Source of the DNA: Auanema rhodensis | Taxonomy: Eukaryota > Animalia > Nematoda | DNA length: 64,000 nt | NCBI GenBank assembly: GCA_964057225.1 | Contig: OZ059900.1 | Location: 25,048,001 to 25,112,000 of the forward strand | Reading direction: 5' to 3' | In this document: one piece after another, positions 1-13,200 of the stretch | How positions within the stretch are numbered: position 1 is the stretch's first letter | Layout: every line of letters begins with the position of its first letter | Made by a program: the position numbers and the translations under genes | The notes under the pieces: model-generated | The model's input: the letters and a program-made list of their open reading frames with translations, nothing else | Databases searched by the model: none | Told to the model about the DNA's origin: nothing

Positions 1-342
1 GTTTACAGCGAAATTTCCAAAAACTGGTTTTCCAGCATAATAAAATATTTCTCATGGGAAATACTGTGTTTTTGTATTTTTCTAGTGTTCAGCATGTAAA
101 ATGCTTCATTTTAGTATGTAACACGCTGAAATTCGTTGCATTTGACGACTCATATGAACAAAAATCGATTTAATCAATATTAGCCATAAGGGGCGTGCCC
201 TCAGAATATGCTAATTTCCTTAATTTTCTAACCCCTGTTTTTTTGTCGTGAAAGTGGAACTAGACGTTGTACGAACAATTTTGAGCTAGGTTTCATTGAC
301 ATTGCATGAGTTTGAACACATGAAATCGTAAGTCAAAACCTT
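1..342. repeat. Reference monomer matching the majority consensus (phase arbitrary)
   Basis: 116/342 G+C (57 C, 59 G), many A/T tracts, 10 CpG. Single NdeI site (CATATG 151-156) and single ClaI site (ATCGAT 164-169) per consensus unit. Confidence 0.97.
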
Positions 343-3300
343 GTTTACAGCGAAATTTCCAAAAACTGGTTTTCCAGCATAATAAAATATTTCTCAAGGG
401 AAAAACTGTGTTTTTATATTTTTCTAGTGTTCAGCATGTGAAATGCTTAATTTTAGTATGTAACACGCTGAAATTTGTTGCATTTGACGACTCATATGAA
501 CAAAAATCGATTTAATCAATATTAGCCATAAGGGGCGTGCCCTCAGAATATGCTAATTTCCTTAATTTTCTAACCCCTGTTTTTTTGTCGTGAAAGTGGA
601 ACTAGACGTTGTACGAACAATTTTGAGCTAGGTTTCATTGACATTGCATGAGTTTGAACACATGAAATCGTAAGTCAAAACCTTGTTTACAGCGAAATTT
701 CCAAAAACTGGTTTTCCAGCATAATAAAATATTTCTCATGGGAAATACTGTGTTTTTGTATTTTTTTAGTGTTCAGCATGTAAAATGCGTCATTTTAGTA
801 TGTAAAACGCTGAAATTCGTTGCATTTGACGACTCATATGAACAAAAATCGATTTAATCAATATTAGCCATAAGGGGCGTGCCCTCAGAATATGCTAATT
901 TCCTTAATTTTCTAACCCCTGTTTTTTTGTCGTGAAAGTGGAACTAGACGTTGTACGAACAATTTTGAGCTAGGTTTCATTGACATTGCATGAGTTTGAA
1001 CACATGAAATCGTAAGTCAAAACCTTGTTTACAGCGAAATTTCCAAAAACTGGTTTTCCAGCATAATAAAATATTTCTCATGGGAAATACTGTGTTTTTG
1101 TATTTTTCTAGTGTTCAGCATGTAAAATGCTTCATTTTAGTATGTAACACGCTGAAATTCGTTGCATTTGACGACTCATATGAACAAAAATCGATTTAAT
1201 CAATATTAGCCATAAGGGGCGTGCCCTCAGAATATGCTAATTTCCTTAATTTTCTAACCCCTGTTTTTTTGTTGTGAAAGTGGAACTAGACGTTGTACGA
1301 ACAATTTTGAGCTAGGTTTCATTGACATTGCATGAGTTTGAACACATGAAATCGTAAGTCAAAACCTTGTTTACAGCGAAATTTCCAAAAACTGGTTTTC
1401 CAGCATAATAAAATATTTCTCATGGGAAATACTGTGTTTTTGTATTTTTCTAGTGTTCAGCATGTAAAATGCTTCATTTTAGTATGTGACACGCTGAAAT
1501 TCGTTGCATTTGACGACTCATATGAACAAAAATCGATTTAATCAATATTAGCCATAAGGGGCGTGCCCTCAGAATATGCTAATTTCCTTAATTTTCTAAC
1601 CCCTGTTTTTTTGTCGTGAAAGTGGAACTAGACGTTGTACGAACAATTTTGAGCTAGGTTTCATTGACATTGCATCAGTTTGAACACATGAAATCGTAAG
1701 TCAAAACCTTGTTTACAGCGAAATTTCCAAAAACTGGTTTTCCAGCATAATAAAATATTTCTCATGGGAAATACTGTGTTTTTGTATTTTTCTAGTGTTC
1801 AACATGTAAAATGCTTCATTTTAGTATGTAACACGCTGAAATTCGTTGCATTTGACGACTCATATGAACAAAAATCGATTTAATCAATATTAGCCATAAG
1901 GGGCGTGCCCTCAGAATATGCTAATTTCCTTAATTTTCTAACCCCTGTTTTTTTGTCGTGAAAGTGGAACTAGACGTTGTACGAACAATTTTGAGCTAGG
2001 TTTCATTGACATTGCATGAGTTTGAACACATGAAATCGTAAGTCAAAACCTTGTTTACAGCGAAATTTCCAAAAACTGGTTTTCCAGCATAATAAAATAT
2101 TTCTCATGGGAAATACTGTGTTTTTGTATTTTTCTAGTGTTCAGCATGTGAAATGCTTCATTTTAGTATGTAACACGCTGAAATTCGTTGCATTTGACGA
2201 CTCATATGAACAAAAATCGATTTAATCAATATTAGCCATAAGGGGCGTGCCCTCAGAATATGCTAATTTCCTTAATTTTCTAACCCCTGTTTTTTTGTCG
2301 TGAAAGTGGAACTAGACGTTGTACGAACAATTTTGAGCTAGGTTTCATTGACATTGCATGAGTTTGAACACATGAAATCGTAAGTCAAAACCTTGTTTAC
2401 AGCGAAATTTCCAAAAACTGGTTTTCCAGCATAATAAAATATTTCTCATGGGAAATACTGTGTTTTTGTATTTTTCTAGTGTTCAGCATGTAAAAGGCTT
2501 CATTTTAGTATGTAACACGCTGAAATTCGTTGCATTTGACGACTCATATGAACAAAAATCGATTTAATCAATATTAGCCATAAGGGGCGTGCCCTCAGAA
2601 TATGCTAATTTCCTTAATTTTCTAACCCCTGTTTTTTTGTCGTGAAAGTGGAACTAGACGTTGTACGAACAATTTTGAGCTAGGTTTCATTGACATTGCA
2701 TGAGTTTGAACACATGAAATCGTAAGTCAAAACCTTGTTTACAGCGAAATTTCCAAAAACTGGTTTTCCAGCATAATAAAATATTTCTCATGGGAAATAC
2801 AGTGTTTTTGTATTTTTCTAGTGTTCAGCATGTAAAATGCTTCATTTTAGTATGTAACACGCTGAAATTCGTTGCATTTGACGACTCATATGAACAAAAA
2901 TCGATTTTATCAATATTAGCCATAAGGGGCGTGCCCTCAGAATATGCTAATTTCCTTAATTTTCTAACCCCTGTTTTTTTGTCGTGAAAGTGGAACTAGA
3001 CGTTGTACGAACAATTTTGAGCTAGGTTTCATTGACATTGCATGAGTTTGAACACATGAAATCGTAAGTCAAAACCTTGTTTACAGCGAAATTTCCAAAA
3101 ACTGGTTTTCCAGCATAATAAAATATTTCTCATGGGAAATACTGTGTTTTTGTATTTTTCTAGTGTTCAGCATGTAAAATGCTTCATTTTAGTATGTAAC
3201 ACGCTGAAATTCGTTGCATTTGACGACTCATATGAACAAAAATCGATTTAATCAATATTAGCCATAAGGGGCGTGCCCTCAGAATATGCTAATTTCCTTA

Positions 3301-6300
3301 ATTTTCTAACCCCTGTTTTTTTGTCGTGAAAGTGGAACTAGACGTTGTACGAACAATTTTGAGCTAGGTTTCATTGACAGTGCATGAGTTTGAACACATG
3401 AAATCGTAAGTCAAAACCTTGTTTACAGCGAAATTTCCAAAAACTGGTTTTCCAGCATAATAAAATATTTCTCATGGGAAATACTGTGTTTTTGTATTTT
3501 TCTAGTGTTCAGCATGTAAAATGCTTCATTTTAGTATGTAACACGCTGAAATTCGTTGCATTTGACGACTCATATGAACAAAAATCGATTTAATCAATAT
3601 TAGCTATAAGGGGCGTGCCCTCAGAATATGCTAATTTCCTTAATTTTCTAACCCCTGTTTTTTTGTCGTGAAAGTGGAACTAGACGTTGTACGAACAATT
3701 TTGAGCTAGGTTTCATTGACATTGCATGAGTTTGAACACATGAAATCGTAAGTCAAAACCTTGTTTACAGCGAAATTTCCAAAAACTGGTTTTCCAGCAT
3801 AATAAAATATTTCTCATGGGAAATACTGTGTTTTTGTATTTTTTTAGTGTTCAGCATGTAAAATGCGTCATTTTAGTATGTAAAACGCTGAAATTCGTTG
3901 CATTTGACGACTCATATGAACAAAAATCGATTTTATCAATATTAGCCATAAGGGGTGTGCCCTCAGAATATGCTGATTTCCTTAATTTTCTAACCCCTGT
4001 TTTTTTGTCGTGAAAGTGGAACTAGACGTTGTACGAACAATTTTGAGCTAGGTTTCATTGACATTGCATGAGTTTGAACACATGAAATCGTAAGTCAAAA
4101 CCTTGTTTACAGCGAAATTTCCAAAAACTGGTTTTCCAGCATAATACAATATTTCTCATGGGAAATACTGTGTTTTTGTATTTTTCTAGTGTTCAACATG
4201 TAAAATGCTTCATTTTAGTATGTAACACGCTGAAATTCGTTGCATTTGACGACTCATATGAACAAAAATCGATTTAATCAATATTAGCCATAAGGGGCGT
4301 GCCCTCAGAATATGCTAATTTCCTTAATTTTCTAACCCCTGTTTTTTTGTCGTGAAAGTGGAACTAGACGTTGTACGAACAATTTTGAGCTAGGTTTCAT
4401 TGACATTGCATGAGTTTGAACACATGAAATCGTAAGTCAAAACCTTGTTTACAGCGAAATTTCCAAAAACTGGTTTTCCAGCATAATAAAATATTTCTCA
4501 TGGGAAATACTGTGTTTTTGTATTTTTCTAGTGTTCAGCATGTGAAATGCTTCATTTTAGTATGTAACACGCTGAAATTCGTTGCATTTGACGACTCATA
4601 TGAACAAAAATCGATTTAATCAATATTAGCCATAAGGGGCGTGCCCTCAGAATATGCTAATTTCCTTAATTTTCTAACCCCTGTTTTTTTGTCGTGAAAG
4701 TGGAACTAGACGTTGTACGAACAATTTTGAGCTAGGTTTCATTGACATTGCATGAGTTTGAACACATGAAATCGTAAGTCAAAACCTTGTTTACAGCGAA
4801 ATTTCCAAAAACTGGTTTTCCAGCATAATAAAATATTTCTCATGGGAAATACTGTGTTTTTGTATTTTTCTAGTGTTCAGCATGTGAAATGCTTCATTTT
4901 AGTATGTAACACGCTGAAATTCGTTGCATTTGACGACTCATATGAACAAAAATCGATTTAATCAATATTAGCCATAAGGGGCGTGCCCTCAGAATATGCT
5001 AATTTCCTTAATTTTCTAACCCCTGTTTTTTTGTCGTGAAAGTGGAACTAGACGTTGTACGAACAATTTTGAGCTAGGTTTCATTGACATTGCATGAGTT
5101 TGAACACATGAAATCGTAAGTCAAAACCTTGTTTACAGCGAAATTTCCAAAAACTGGTTTTCCAGCATAATAAAATATTTCTCATGGGAAATACTGTGTT
5201 TTTGTATTTTTCTAGTGTTCAGCATGTAAAAGGCTTCATTTTAGTATGTAACACGCTGAAATTCGTTGCATTTGACGACTCATATGAACAAAAATCGATT
5301 TAATCAATATTAGCCATAAGGGGCGTGCCCTCAGAATATGCTAATTTCCTTAATTTTCTAACCCCTGTTTTTTTGTCGTGAAAGTGGAACTAGACGTTGT
5401 ACGAACAATTTTGAGCTAGGTTTCATTGACATTGCATGAGTTTGAACACATGAAATCGTAAGTCAAAACCTTGTTTACAGCGAAATTTCCAAAAACTGGT
5501 TTTCCAGCATAATAAAATATTTCTCATGGGAAATACAGTGTTTTTGTATTTTTCTAGTGTTCAGCATGTAAAATGCTTCATTTTAGTATGTAACACGCTG
5601 AAATTCGTTGCATTTGACGACTCATATGAACAAAAATCGATTTAATCAATATTAGCCATAAGGGGCATGCCCTCAGAATATGCTAATTTCCTTAATTTTC
5701 TAACCCCTGTTTTTTTGTCGTGAAAGTGGAACTAGACGTTGTACGAACAATTTTGAGCTAGGTTTCATTGACATTGCATCAGTTTGAACACATGAAATCG
5801 TAAGTCAAAACCTTGTTTACAGCGAAATTTCCAAAAACTGGTTTTCCAGCATAATAAAATATTTCTCATGGGAAATACTGTGTTTTTGTATTTTTCTAGT
5901 GTTCAGCATGTAAAATGCTTCATTTTAGTATGTAACACGCTGAAATTCGTTGCATTTGACGACTCATATGAACAAAAATCGATTTAATCAATATTAGCCA
6001 TAAGGGGCGTGCCCTCAGAATATGCTAATTTCCTTAATTTTCTAACCCCTGTTTTTTTGTCGTGAAAGTGGAACGAGACGTTGTACGAACAATTTTGAGC
6101 TAGGTTTCATTGACATTGCATGAGTTTGAACACATGAAATCGTAAGTCAAAACCTTGTTTACAGCGAAATTTCCAAAAACTGGTTTTCCAGCATAATAAA
6201 ATATTTCTCATGGGAAATACTGTGTTTTTGTATTTTTCTAGTGTTCAGCATGTAAAATGCTTCTTTTTAGTATGTAACACGCTGAAATTCGTTGCATTTG

Positions 6301-6840
6301 ACGACTCATATGAACAAAAATCGATTTAATCAATATTAGCCATAAGGGGCGTGCCCTCAGAATATGCTAATTTCCTTAATTTTCTAACCCCTGTTTTTTT
6401 GTCGTGAAAGTGGAACTAGACGTTGTACGAACAATTTTGAGCTAGGTTTCATTGACATTGCATGAGTTTGAACACATGAAATCGTAAGTCAAAACCTTGT
6501 TCACAGCGAAATTTCCAAAAACTGGTTTTCCAGCATAATAAAATATTTCTCAAGGGAAAAACTGTGTTTTTATATTTTTCTAGTGTTCAGCATGTGAAAT
6601 GCTTTATTTTAGTATGTAACACGCTGAAATTCGTTGCATTTGACGACTCATATGAACAAAAATCGATTTAATCAATATTAGCCATAAGGGGCGTGCCCTC
6701 AGAATATGCTAATTTCCTTAATTTTCTAACCCCTGTTTTTTCGTCGTGAAAGTGGAACTAGACGTTGTACGAACAATTTTGAGCTAGGTTTCATTGACAT
6801 TGCATGAGTTTGAACACATGAAATCGTAAGTCAAAACCTT

Positions 6841-9800
6841 GTTTACAGCGAAATTTCCAAAAACTGGTTTTCCAGCATAATAAAATATTTCTCATGGGAA
6901 ATACTGTGTTTTTGTATTTTTCTAGTGTTCAGCATGTAGAATGCTTCATTTTGATATGTAAAACGCTGAAATTCGTTGCATTTGACGACTCATATGAACA
7001 AAAATCGATTTTATCAATATTAGCCATAAGGGGCGTGCCCTCAGAATATGCTAATTTCCTTAATTTTCTAAACCCTGTTTTTTTGTCGTGAAAGTGGAAC
7101 TAGACGTTGTACGAACAATTTTGAGCTAGGTTTCATTGACATTGCATGAGTTTGAACACATGAAATCGTAAGTCAAAACCTTGTTTACAGCGAAATTTCC
7201 AAAAACTGGTTTTCCAGCATAATAAAATATTTCTCATGGGAAATACTGTGTTTTTGTATTTTTCTAGTGTTCAGCATGTAAAATGCTTCATTTTAGTATG
7301 TAACACGCTGAAATTCGTTGCATTTGACGACTCATATGAACAAAAATCGATTTAATCAATATTAGCCATAAGGGGCGTGCCCTCAGAATATGCTAATTTC
7401 CTTAATTTTCTAACCCCTGTTTTTTTGTCGTGAAAGTGGAACTAGACGTTGTACGAACAATTTTGAGCTAGGTTTCATTGACATTGCATGAGTTTGAACA
7501 CATGAAATCGTAAGTCAAAACCTTGTTTACAGCGAAATTTCCAAAAACTGGTTTTCCAGCATAATACAATATTTCTCATGGGAAATACTGTGTTTTTGTA
7601 TTTTTCTAGTGTTCAGAATGTAGAATGCTTCATTTTGATATGTAAAACGCTGAAATTCGTTGCATTTGACGACTCATATGAACAAAAATCGATTTTATCA
7701 ATATTAGCCATAAGGGGCGTGCCCTCAGAATATGCTAATTTCCTTAATTTTCTAAACCCTGTTTTTTTGTCGTGAAAGTGGAACTAGACGTTGTACGAAC
7801 AATTTTGAGCTAGGTTTCATTGACATTGCATGAGTTTGAACACATGAAATCGTAAGTCAAAACCTTGTTTACAGCGAAATTTCCAAAAACTGGTTTTCCA
7901 GCATAATAAAATATTTCTCATGGGAAATACTGTGTTTTTGTATTTTTCTAGTGTTCAGCATGTAAAATGCTTCATTTTAGTATGTAACACGCTGAAATTC
8001 GTTGCATTTGACGACTCATATGAACAAAAATCGATTTAATCAATATTAGCCATAAGGGGCGTGCCCTCAGAATATGCTAATTTCCTTAATTTTCTAACCC
8101 CTGTTTTTTTGTCGTGAAAGTGGAACTAGACGTTGTACGAACAATTTTGAGCTAGGTTTCATTGACATTGCATGAGTTTGAACACATGAAATCGTAAGTC
8201 AAAACCTTGTTTACAGCGAAATTTCCAAAAACTGGTTTTCCAGCATAATAAAATATTTCTCATGGGAAATACTGTGTTTTTGTATTTTTCTAGTGTTCAG
8301 CATGTAGAATGCTTCATTTTGATATGTAAAACGCTGAAATTCGTTGCATTTGACGACTCATATGAACAAAAATCGATTTTATCAATATTAGCCATAAGGG
8401 GCGTGCCCTCAGAATATGCTAATTTCCTTAATTTTCTAAACCCTGTTTTTTTGTCGTGAAAGTGGAACTAGACGTTGTACGAACAATTTTGAGCTAGGTT
8501 TCATTGACATTGCATGAGTTTGAACACATGAAATCGTAAGTCAAAACCTTGTTTACAGCGAAATTTCCAAAAACTGGTTTTCCAGCATAATAAAATATTT
8601 CTCATGGGAAATACTGTGTTTTTGTATTTTTCTAGTGTTCAGCATGTAAAATGCTTCATTTTAGTATGTAACACGCTGAAATTCGTTGCATTTGACGACT
8701 CATATGAACAAAAATCGATTTAATCAATATTAGCCATAAGGGGCGTGCCCTCAGAATATGCTAATTTCCTTAATTTTCTAACCCCTGTTTTTTTGTCGTG
8801 AAAGTGGAACTAGACGTTGTACGAACAATTTTGAGCTAGGTTTCATTGACATTGCATGAGTTTGAACACATGAAATCGTAAGTCAAAACCTTGTTTACAG
8901 CGAAATTTCCAAAAACTGGTTTTCCAGCATAATACAATATTTCTCATGGGAAATACTGTGTTTTTGTATTTTTCTAGTGTTCAGAATGTAGAATGCTTCA
9001 TTTTGATATGTAAAACGCTGAAATTCGTTGCATTTGACGACTCATATGAACAAAAATCGATTTTATCAATATTAGCCATAAGGGGCGTGCCCTCAGAATA
9101 TGCTAATTTCCTTAATTTTCTAAACCCTGTTTTTTTGTCGTGAAAGTGGAACTAGACGTTGTACGAACAATTTTGAGCTAGGTTTCATTGACATTGCATG
9201 AGTTTGAACACATGAAATCGTAAGTCAAAACCTTGTTTACAGCGAAATTTCCAAAAACTGGTTTTCCAGCATAATAAAATATTTCTCATGGGAAATACTG
9301 TGTTTTTGTATTTTTCTAGTGTTCAGCATGTAAAATGCTTCATTTTAGTATGTAACACGCTGAAATTCGTTGCATTTGACGACTCATATGAACAAAAATC
9401 GATTTAATCAATATTAGCCATAAGGGGCGTGCCCTCAGAATATGCTAATTTCCTTAATTTTCTAACCCCTGTTTTTTTGTCGTGAAAGTGGAACTAGACG
9501 TTGTACGAACAATTTTGAGCTAGGTTTCATTGACATTGCATGAGTTTGAACACATGAAATCGTAAGTCAAAACCTTGTTTACAGCGAAATTTCCAAAAAC
9601 TGGTTTTCCAGCATAATACAATATTTCTCATGGGAAATACTGTGTTTTTGTATTTTTCTAGTGTTCAGAATGTAGAATGCTTCATTTTGATATGTAAAAC
9701 GCTGAAATTCGTTGCATTTGACGACTCATATGAACAAAAATCGATTTTATCAATATTAGCCATAAGGGGCGTGCCCTCAGAATATGCTAATTTCCTTAAT

Positions 9801-10260
9801 TTTCTAAACCCTGTTTTTTTGTCGTGAAAGTGGAACTAGACGTTGTACGAACAATTTTGAGCTAGGTTTCATTGACATTGCATGAGTTTGAACACATGAA
9901 ATCGTAAGTCAAAACCTTGTTTACAGCGAAATTTCCAAAAACTGGTTTTCCAGCATAATAAAATATTTCTCATGGGAAATACTGTGTTTTTGTATTTTTC
10001 TAGTGTTCAGCATGTAAAATGCTTCATTTTAGTATGTAACACGCTGAAATTCGTTGCATTTGACGACTCATATGAACAAAAATCGATTTAATCAATATTA
10101 GCCATAAGGGGCGTGCCCTCAGAATATGCTAATTTCCTTAATTTTCTAACCCCTGTTTTTTTGTCGTGAAAGTGGAACTAGACGTTGTACGAACAATTTT
10201 GAGCTAGGTTTCATTGACCTTGCATGAGTTTGAACACATGAAATCGTAAGTCAAAACCTT
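6841..10260. repeat. Dimeric (684-bp) higher-order repeat x5, with a nested 4-mer (1368 bp) x2
   Basis: A variant monomer (GTAGAATG, TTTGATATGTAAAAC, A172T, CTAAACCC) at 6841, 7525, 8209, 8893 and 9577 alternates with consensus monomers. Its subtypes run CAGCATG, CAGAATG, CAGCATG, CAGAATG, CAGAATG. Confidence 0.9.
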
Positions 10261-13200
10261 GTTTACAGCGAAATTTCCAAAAACTGGTTTTCCAGCATAA
10301 TACAATATTTCTCATGGGAAATACTGTGTTTTTGTATTTTTCTAGTGTTCAACATGTAAAATGCTTCATTTTAGTATGTAACACGCTGAAATTCGTTGCA
10401 TTTGACGACTCATATGAACAAAAATCGATTTAATCAATATTAGCCATAAGGAGCGTGCCCTCAGAATATGCTAATTTCCTTAATTTTCTAACCCCTGTTT
10501 TTTTGTCGTGAAAGTGGAACTAGACGTTGTACGAACAATTTTGAGCTAGGTTTCATTGACATTGCATGAGTTTGAACACATGAAATCGTAAGTCAAAACC
10601 TTGTTTACAGCGAAATTTCCAAAAACTGGTTTTCCAGCATAATAAAATATTTCTCATGGGAAATACTGTGTTTTTGTATTTTTTTAGTGTTCAGCATGTA
10701 AAATGCGTCATTTTAGTATGTAAAACGCTGAAATTCGTTGCATTTGACGACTCATATGAACAAAAAGCGATTTAATCAATATTAGCCATAAGGGGCGTGC
10801 CCTCAGAATATGCTAATTTCCTTAATTTTCTAACCCCTGTTTTTTTGTCGTGAAAGTGGAACTAGACGTTGTACGAACAATTTTGAGCTAGGTTTCATTG
10901 ACATTGCATGAGTTTGAACACATGAAATCGTAAGTCAAAACCTTGTTTACAGCGAAATTTCCAAAAACTGGTTTTCCAGCATAATACAATATTTCTCATG
11001 GGAAATACTGTGTTTTTGTATTTTTCTAGTGTTCAGAATGTAGAATGCTTCATTTTGATATGTAAAACGCTGAAATTCGTTGCATTTGACGACTCATATG
11101 AACAAAAATCGATTTTATCAATATTAGCCATAAGGGGCGTGCCCTCAGAATATGCTAATTTCCTTAATTTTCTAAACCCTGTTTTTTTGTCGTGAAAGTG
11201 GAACTAGACGTTGTACGAACAATTTTGAGCTAGGTTTCATTGACATTGCATGAGTTTGAACACATGAAATCGTAAGTCAAAACCTTGTTTACAGCGAAAT
11301 TTCCAAAAACTGGTTTTCCAGCATAATAAAATATTTCTCATGGGAAATACTGTGTTTTTGTATTTTTCTAGTGTTCAGCATGTAAAATGCTTCATTTTAG
11401 TATGTAACACGCTGAAATTCGTTGCATTTGACGACTCATATGAACAAAAATCGATTTAATCAATATTAGCCATAAGGGGCGTGCCCTCAGAATATGCTAA
11501 TTTCCTTAATTTTCTAACCCCTGTTTTTTTGTCGTGAAAGTGGAACTAGACGTTGTACGAACAATTTTGAGCTAGGTTTCATTGACCTTGCATGAGTTTG
11601 AACACATGAAATCGTAAGTCAAAACCTTGTTTACAGCGAAATTTCCAAAAACTGGTTTTCCAGCATAATAAAATATTTCTCATGGGAAATACTGTGTTTT
11701 TGTATTTTTCTAGTGTTCAGCATGTAAAATGCTTCATTTTAGTATGTAACACGCTGAAATTCGTTGCATTTGACGACTCATATGAACAAAAATCGATTTA
11801 ATCAATATTAGCCATAAGGGGCGTGCCCTCAGAATATGCTAATTTCCTTAATTTTCTAACCCCTGTTTTTTTGTCGTGAAAGTGGAACTAGACGTTGTAC
11901 GAACAATTTTGAGCTAGGTTTCATTGACATTGCATGAGTTTGAACACATGAAATCGTAAGTCAAAACCTTGTTTACAGCGAAATTTCCAAAAACTGGTTT
12001 TCCAGCATAATAAAATATTTCTCATGGGAAATACTGTGTTTTTGTATTTTTCTAGTGTTCAGCATGTAAAATGCTTCATTTTAGTATGTAACACGCTGAA
12101 ATTCGTTGCATTTGACGACTCATATGAACAAAAATCGATTTAATCAATATTAGCCATAAGGGGCGTGCCCTCAGAATATGCTAATTTCCTTAATTTTCTA
12201 ACCCCTGTTTTTTTGTCGTGAAAGTGGAACTAGACGTTGTACGAACAATTTTGAGCTAGGTTTCATTGACATTGCATGAGTTTGAACACATGAAATCGTA
12301 AGTCAAAACCTTGTTTACAGCGAAATTTCCAAAAACTGGTTTTCCAGCATAATAAAATATTTCTCATGGGAAAAACTGTGTTTTTGTATTTTTCTAGTGT
12401 TCAGCATGTAAAATGCTTCATTTTAGTATGTAACACACTGAAATTTGTTGCATTTGACGACTCATATGAACAAAAATTGATTTAATCAATATTAGTCATA
12501 AGGGGCGTGCCCTCAGAATATGCTAATTTCCTTAATTTTCTAACCCCTGTTTTTTTGTCGTGAAAGTGGAACTAGACGTTGTACGAACAATTTTGAGCTA
12601 GGTTTCATTGACATTGCATGAGTTTGAACACATGAAATCGTAAGTCAAAACCTTGTTTACAGCGAAATTTCCAAAAACTGGTTTTCCAGCATAATAAAAT
12701 ATTTCTCATGGGAAATACTGTGTTTTTGTATTTTTCTAGTGTTCAGCATGTAAAATGCTTCATTTTAGTATGTAACACGCTGAAATTCGTTGCATTTGAC
12801 GACTCATATGAACAAAAATCGATTTAATCAATATTAGCCATAAGGGGCGTGCCCTCAGAATATGCTAATTTCCTTAATTTTCTAACCCCTGTTTTTTTGT
12901 CGTGAAAGTGGAACTAGACGTTGTACGAACAATTTTGAGCTAGGTTTCATTGACATTGCATGAGTTTGAACACATGAAATCGTAAGTCAAAACCTTGTTT
13001 ACAGCGAAATTTCCAAAAACTGGTTTTCCAGCATAATAAAATATTTCTCATGGGAAATACTGTGTTTTTGTATTTTTCTAGTGTTCAGCATGTAAAATGC
13101 TTCATTTTAGTATGTAACACGCTGAAATTTGTTGCATTTGACGACTCATATGAACAAAAATCGATTTAATCAATATTAGCCATAAGGGGCGTGCCCTCAG

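Noticed and set aside
131-147. CENP-B box (ATTCGTTGCATTTGACG vs NTTCGNNNNANNCGGGN)
   Set aside because: Only 6 of 9 core positions match, the CGGG half is missing, and C134T is a frequent variant.
296-301. TTGACA bacterial -35 promoter element in each unit
   Set aside because: No properly spaced -10 box, and the context is eukaryote-like satellite, so this is a chance hexamer.
288-341. Tandem MITE or Helitron-end array
   Set aside because: No terminal inverted repeats bounding a unit and no target-site duplications. A remote transposon origin cannot be excluded without a database search.
1-342. Primate alpha-satellite dimer (2 x 171 bp)
   Set aside because: The length coincides, but I see no recognisable alpha-satellite consensus motifs. 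BLAST would settle it.
1-342. Tandem 5S rRNA, tRNA, snRNA or spliced-leader gene array
   Set aside because: No recognisable conserved RNA gene sequence, cloverleaf or convincing Pol III A/B/C boxes. The T-runs are ordinary A/T tracts. An Rfam scan was not run.
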